A stretch of DNA of 64,000 nucleotides from Scenedesmus sp. PABB004 (lineage: Eukaryota). Where the stretch lies: the NCBI GenBank assembly GCA_014905635.1, contig JABVCE010000009.1:744001-808000 (forward strand). Reading direction: 5' to 3'. Below the pieces are notes generated by a model, which worked only from the letters and a program-made list of their open reading frames with translations, was not told where the DNA came from and did not search any database. Below are positions 57,866 to 64,000 of the stretch, in pieces (position 1 is the first letter of the stretch; every line of letters starts with the position of its first letter). The translations under genes and the position numbers were made by a program.

Positions 57866-59707
57866 ATGCGCGCCAGCGCGCCGGCGCGTGGCAGTGCCGC
57901 CGGGCGCCATCGGGCCTCCAACGCGGCGCCCTCCCGCTCTCCCGCGCCCGGGCGGTCCGCTCCCGGCCGCAGCGGCGCCCGCCTCGTCGCCCGGCGCGCC
58001 TGGGACGACGCCGACCGCGCGTGGCTGCCGGAGCCGCTGCTGCCGCACCAGGCGCAGCAGCCCGGCCCCCAGCAGCCCCCCCGGGCGCCCGACCCGCGGG
58101 CCACGCTGCGCCGCGTGCTTGACGTGGTGCGGGAGGGCAACCTCGACGGCATGCTGGAGTTTTGCCCCGACGACGTGCTCGACCGCCTCCTCGCGCTGCG
58201 GAAGGAGACGGGGTGCGCCGCCGCTGCTGCTGCTCCCGCCGCCGCCGCCGCGGAATGCAGCTGCTGCAGCTGCAGCTGCTGCAGCCCGTCGCGCGGGGAG
58301 GCGGCGGGGGCGGCCGTCGCAGGGGCCAGCGCCGCCGCCGGCGGCAGCAGCAGCGCCCGCGGCAGCAGCAAGCGCCGGCCGACTGCAGCAGCAGCGCCGC
58401 TGACCGCCGCCGCCCGCCTGCTGCCGGTCGCCGCGCCGCAGCGAGAGCGGCGAGGTTCGCTTCGCGGACATCATCCGCGCCAACAGCGGCGACGCGCCCT
58501 ACCTCGACACCTTTGCGCTGCGCAACCTCATCATGGCCGCGCCCGCCAGCGCGACGGTGCGGCGCCCGCGCGCGCGGCACTCGCGCACGCGACGCCTGCG
58601 CGCGCGCGCGCGCCGCGCGCCGCCGCGTGCCCGCGCGCGCCGACGAAGCGCGCGCGCCGGCGCCGCGGTCCGCAGGTCACCTCTGCGATGCGCGTCTCGG
58701 CCGACCGCTTCCTGCAGCGCTGCGCGATCGTGTCGCCGACGGGCGAGGAGTGCGTGCTCACGCTCACCGCGGCGCTGCAGGAGGTCGCCGAGTGCCAGTG
58801 AGCGCCGCCGCCGGCCGCGCGCCGCAGCCGCCGCCCTGCCCCGCCTCCCGCCCCGCCCGCGCGCTCACGCGCCCGCGCGCGCGCGCCTCTCGCCCGCCCC
58901 CCAGGTACCGCGCGCCGCCGCTGCTGAGCAAGCGGTGGATGCTCGCGGGCGTGAGCGGCGAGTGCAACAGCGACGAGCTGCCGAGCCACCCGTCGCCGAG
59001 CTTCCCGCCAGAGGCGGTCGTCGAGGCGCAGCTCGCGGCGCTCAGGTGCGGCGCCAGCGCCCCGCCCCGCCGGCGCCGCCCCGGCCCGCGCCCCGCTGTT
59101 GCGCGCGCCGCCCGGTGCCCGCCCGGCGCCCGCCCGGCGCCCGCCCGCCGCCGACGCCGGCCCGCGCCGCCCCGTGCCGCGCGCAAAAACACACAGGGAG
59201 GGCCGCGTCGCGTCAGTTTTTGCGCACGCGTCGCCCGAGCACAAGGCCGGCAGCGGCCCGGTCGAGGCGCTCGCGGCGACGCTGCGCAGCGACCCGCGCT
59301 ACACGCCGCTCATGCGCCACGCGGCCGCGCGCACGCTGCAGCGCCTGCAGCCCTCGGAGTCAACCTACATGGAGATCATCGCCGTCACGCCCGGCCCCGC
59401 CGCGGCGGCGGCCGCGGCCGCGGCGGCGGCGCCCGCGGCGGCCGAGCCGCAGGCGGCGCCGGCGGCCGAGCCCGCGGCCGCGGCGGCGGCCGCGGCGGCG
59501 GCGGCCGCGGCGGCTGCGGCGGCGGCGGCGCCGCAGGCGCGCGGCAGCGGCCGCGGCGGCGGGGGCGGCGGCGGCGACGCCGCGCCGGCGCCGCTGCTGT
59601 ACATGTGGATTCTCTCGCGCCAGAGCGGCAGCAGCGCCTGGGCCAACTGCTGGATGACGGACGCGGTGCGCCCCATGGCCGTGCCGCCGCCGGGGTCCGC
59701 GTGCTGA
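57866..59707 (+). CDS. Probable organelle-targeted protein with a DUF4864-like (NTF2-type) C-terminal domain
   Basis: Arg/Ser/Ala-rich N-terminus; PSHPSPSFPPEAVVEAQLAALR..VFAHASPEHK..GPVEAL..RYTPLMRH..YMWILSRQ..CWMTDAV. Confidence 0.65.
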
Positions 59708-61399
59708 GCGGCCGCGCGCCGCCGGCCGCCGGGAATGCACTTGCTCGTGGCGGCGCGCGGCGCTGGGATGGGGCGGCTGCGCCGCCGCCTGCACGCGTGC
59801 CTCGGGCCCGGGAGGCAGCTCGGGAGGTCTGCTAGGCAGCACGCCAGATGGTCTGTGTCTCGGGTCCCCCTGCAGCCGCCGCGCGCGCCGCGGCCGCCGC
59901 GCGGCGGCGGGAGCAGCTGACGATTGCTGGTCCCCAGGCAGCCAAAGACCCCAACCCTTGTGTGTGTGCTGATTGCACCGAGTCCGTCCCCTGTGCGCTT
60001 GTGTGCTTGGGTGTCTGGGCGCCGGGCGGAGAGAGCCAGGCCCGCGGATGCGCGGCGCCACCTGCTCGTCCCGCCGCGGCGATGCCGGCTGCAACAGCCG
60101 GCCGCGCTGCGCGCGCTCGCCCAGGACTGACACCCTGCACAGGGCTGCGCGCACCTGGTGCTGCATCTGTCTGCTTGTCTGCGCGCACGCCGGGCCAGGC
60201 TCCGGAGCGCGCAGTGCGTTTGTCTGCCACACTGGATGCAGGTCGCTGCCGCGGCCAACCCCATCCATCCACGAATCAAGCCATCACGAGGCACCAAAGA
60301 AATGCAGGGGGCTGGGGGGCAAGGGGCTGGGGCGGCGGCTGCGCGTGCGCCGCCGCGCGAGCGCCCCGGCGTGCTGCGGCATAACACAGCGCCAGCGCCT
60401 GCACACACACACGGCAGGCAGGCCAGGCCATGAGGGGGGCTTCTCTTCTGTGTGTACTGCGCACGGGTGTGGTCTGCCTTGTGGCGCGTGCGCGCGCGCG
60501 TGACTGAATGTGCAAGCAGCAGCAGCAGCATGGCGCGTGCGTCGCGCGCGCGTGTGTGTGGTCGTAGTGTGTGTTTCGCGCCGGCGCCTAGCAGGCGCAG
60601 CCGGCAGCCGGCGCTAGGAAGGACGGCAGAAGGTTCCGTGGTGCGTGTTGTGCTTTTGCAGGCCCGAAAGCAGAGGCGGCGGCGTTTGTTGAGCGCGGTG
60701 GCGGCGGCAGGCCCGCGGAGCGAGGGCGGCACACGCGACGCGCCTGCGCGCGTGCTGGAGCGGTGGTCGGTGGTCGTCGTTGTCGGCGCGAGTGTAAATT
60801 ACGTGCGGCCTCCGATCGTCGTCGCCGTCGTTGACATGGCGCGCGCATGGCGCCCCCACGCCCCAGCCCCAGCTCGCCAGCAATGCCCCCCGCCCACGCG
60901 CGCGCGCTCGCCGGCCACCCCAACGGCCGTGCCCCGGGGCCCTGTCTCCCTCTCCCCTCCCCCGCCCGGCGCAGAGCTCAGCACAGAGCGACCGATCAGC
61001 TGGGCGTACGGCGCCGTGCGCCGCCGTGAGGCCGGCTGGCCATGTCAAGTGAGTCAAAAGCCCGGCCGCGCGCCCGTGGCCTGGCTGCCACAGGGACCGC
61101 GCGGCAAGCTGCCTGGCGCCGAGGCGGCCGCACAGGGCAGCGGCGCGCGCTGGCGCCGGCCTGCCGCGCACGCGCACGCGCACGCGCGCGCCGCGCCGTC
61201 GCAGCAGGGCCGGCGCCCCGCCGCGCCGAGTCAAGGTCAAAGCATGTCGCAGCACACAGACACACGCATCAAGTACGCACGCACGCAGCCGGGTTGACCG
61301 AGCACCAAAGGAATCGCTCCCCCCTCTCCCCGGGCGGGCGCCCGCCAGTGCGGGGGCAGCCCTGCCGGCCCAGCGCGCGCGCCCGTGCCGCCCCGCGCC

Positions 61400-63681
61400 T
61401 CACCACGCTGAGGCGACCAGCCAGCCGTAATAGCGGCCGCCCAGCGGCTGGCTGGGGTCGCCGCGGAAGCCGAACGCCGGGTCGGCGGCGGCGCGCGCCG
61501 CCGCGGCGGCCTGCAGCGTCGCGAGGATCGCGCCGCCGGTCGCGTTGGCGCCGCAGCCGCCGCTCATGACGCAGTTGGCGGCCACGCCCGCGACGTGCGG
61601 CGCGGCAAAGCTGCTGCCGCCGGCGGTGTTGTAGCCGCTCGCGTAGAGCGTGAGGGAGGCGGTCGACGTGATGCTGCTCCCCGGCGCGGCGATGATGCGC
61701 GCGCGCACCGCCGCCGGCGCCGACGCGGGTAGCCAGTTGCTGCCCTTGGCCGCGTACGCGCGGCGGCCGGGCTTCACGTTGTTCACGTGCGACACCGCCG
61801 CCGCGCCGGGGCAGGCGTTGGGCAGCAGGCGGTGCATGTCGGCGCCGTCGTTGCCCGCCGCCGCGACGACGAGCAGCCCCGCCGCGCTCGCCGCGTCGAC
61901 GACGGGGCACGCGAGGCCGCGCACCTCGTGGAACCACTCCTGCGCGCGGCGGCGGCGCCGGGGCGCGGGGCGCGGCGCGCGGCGCGCCGGCGCGTCGCGG
62001 CGGGGCGCGGCGAGGCGCGGCGGCAGCGCTGCCGCGCGCGCCCGGACGCATGTGCGCGCGCTCGGGCGCGCCGCCCCCGCTCGCCTGGGGGATGGCCGTG
62101 GCGAGGGAGAGGTTGACGACGCGGATTCCGTGGGAGCGGCCAAACTGCGCGGCCCACGCGAGCGCGCTGAGCACCGCGCTCAGCGGCGCGGTGACGCCGT
62201 CGTTGGAGACCTTGAGGCTCCACAGCCCCACGCCGGGCGACACGCCGACCGTGCCGGCGCCGTTGTTGCGCGCGCCCGCGACGCCCGCGACCGCGGTGCC
62301 GTGCCCGCCCGCGTCGACGCCGGCGTCGTCCGCCGCTGGGTAGTCAGGCGTGGGCGCGAGCCAGCTCAGCCCGGCCACGTAGTTCAGGTCGGGGTGGCTC
62401 GCGTCCACGCCGCAGTCGACGACCGCGACGCACACGCGCGCCGCCGGCGGCACCGCGCCCACGTCGGCGACGCGGCCGCCCGCCGCCGCGCCGATCGCCT
62501 CGACGCCCGCCGGCACGAGCTCGCCCGGCAGCACGCGCGCCTTGGGCATCACGCGCGCCTGCCCCGGCGCCGCCGCGCCGCCGCCGGCGCCAGCGCCTGC
62601 GCCGTCGGCGCCGTCGAGCGCGGCGCCGCCCGCGCCGGCCAGCGGCGGCAGGCACGCGGTGTCGGTCAGCCCGCCGCGCAGCAGCAGGCCCGGGGGGACG
62701 CCGCAGCTGCCAAACAGCTGGTACTCGCGCCGCAGCGCGAGCGCCGCCTCGGCGCCGCCCATGGCGGTGGCGCCGTCGCCGCCCGCCTCGGCCGCCGCGG
62801 TCGACGCGAGCGCGCAGCCGCCCGGCGTGGCCGCGCGCACCCAGCGCACGTGCGCGCCGCCAGGGCCGCAGCGCACGCCGGTGTAGGTCAGCTCGGCCGC
62901 GGCCTCGTCGCCGCACGCCACCGGCGCCGACAGCGCCATGCGCGCCGTCACGGTGGCGGCGGGCGCCGGCGCGCCGCCGCCGGCCGCGCCGCCGGCCTCG
63001 CCGCCGCCGGCGCCGGCGCCGCCGGAGAAGCAGGGCTGCCCCGGCGCGGCGCAGATGCGCGTCGGCAGGCCGGGCGCGTGCCCAGGCGCGGCGCCGCAGC
63101 CGGCGCCAAACACGCGCCGCGTCCACGCGCGGTTGGCCGGGTCGGGCAGCAGCACGCACGGCGCGCCGTCCTCGGCGGCCGCGAGCTCGCCGCCGTCGCG
63201 CGACACCGCGAGCAGCGCCGTGAAGCGCACCTGCCGCAGGCCCTCGCCGCAGCGCTCGCCCGCCCACAGCAGGCGCGTCCCGGCGCCGTGGCAGCCGGGC
63301 CAGGCAAAGCCGGGCCCCGGCACCGCGGGCACGCCGCGGGCGAGGCTCGCCACGCGCGCGCAGCCCTCAAACGTCGGGTCCGTGCCGTTGTCGGGCGGCG
63401 GGGCGTCGCCGCCGCCGCCGTCGCCGGCGGCCGGCCGGCCCCCGCGCGGCACGCGCAGGAGCAGGTCGGGGACGACCGCGCGCACGCGCGCGTGCGCGGC
63501 CACCAGCGCCGCCGCCTCGGCGGAACAGAGCACCACAAACGCGCGCAGGGGCGGCGGCGGCGCGCCGCCGGCGCCGCCGGCGGCGGCGCGCCGCGGCTCG
63601 CCTGCGGCGGCGCGCCGATCGTGCTCACGTACGTCGGCGCCGCCGCGCCCGCTGGCGCCGCCGCTGCGGCGCTTGTGCCGG

Positions 63682-63716
<35 letters not shown>

Positions 63717-64000
63717 GAGTTGGCCGCGAGCGCCGCCGCGACGTCGCGCAGGATGCGCTGCGCCTCGGCGGCCACGTCGCTCACGGCGGCGGGGCTGCGC
63801 AGCGCGACGATGTAGCGCTGCGGCAGCGCCGCGCCTGGCGGGCGGCGGCGTGTGTGGGGAGGATGATGGGGCGTGGGGCGCAGCCGGGCGCCGCCGCAGC
63901 AGCAGGCGCGCCGCTGCCGCCGGGCGCGCGCCCCCGCGGCGCGCGGCGCCGGGCCGCGGCTGCCGCCGCTCACCGCTGGGCTGCGTCGCCGCGACCGCTG
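61400..64000 (-). CDS. Subtilisin-like S8 serine protease (5' end outside the window)
   Basis: Prodomain-like RYIVALRS, catalytic D in VAVVDCGVDASHPDL, H in GGHGTAVAGVAGA, oxyanion AAAGND, and S in IAAPGSSITST..GGSSFAAPHVAGVAA. Confidence 0.9.

Noticed and set aside
59708..61399. ORFs 60452-61297 and 59365-60732 in the lower-GC, GT/CA-rich interval
   Set aside because: No recognisable protein features. The region looks like convergent 3' UTRs/intergenic DNA, with TGTAA at about 60793.
113..63973. Hundreds of long overlapping Arg/Ala/Pro/Gly-rich ORFs (e.g. 623-3622, 10765-13605, 40422-45104)
   Set aside because: Stop codons are scarce at this GC content. These are shadow frames or exon-intron read-throughs with no coherent protein.
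1..64000. tRNA/rRNA genes, and a transposase or Helitron Rep/helicase partner for the Fanzor ORF
   Set aside because: None recognisable by eye. A tRNAscan/Infernal/RepeatModeler run would be needed to exclude them.

Overview
Eukaryotic nuclear DNA, extremely GC-rich and gene-dense, with short GC-repeat-rich introns (donors GTGCGC/GTGAGC and often GC; acceptors mostly CGCAG) and TGTAA poly(A) signals. This points to a chlorophyte green alga, probably Selenastraceae such as Raphidocelis/Monoraphidium (inference). Most long six-frame ORFs are GC artefacts, so I rebuilt the genes by splicing exons by eye, and exon boundaries are approximate. In order, the window holds: a hypothetical gene; a Fanzor1/TnpB-like RuvC ORF with a structured downstream region; a small hydrophilic protein; GINS Psf1; CMC4; tomosyn/Lgl; a secreted protein with 10 Cys-rich CC..CN repeats; a secreted Cys/Lys-Gly-rich protein; a hypothetical gene; a PAA1-type Cu P1B-ATPase with an alternative terminal exon; ASNSD1; a TMEM186-like gene; a BIG-type Sec7 ARF-GEF; an intronless FEN/PIN-like nuclease; a helical-repeat protein; RNase H2B; an Alfin-like gene; a WDR20-like gene; a DUF4864-like protein; and a partial S8 subtilase. 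The top candidate system is the Fanzor-like RNA-guided nuclease locus with a candidate omega-RNA scaffold (about 3950-5583, minus strand).
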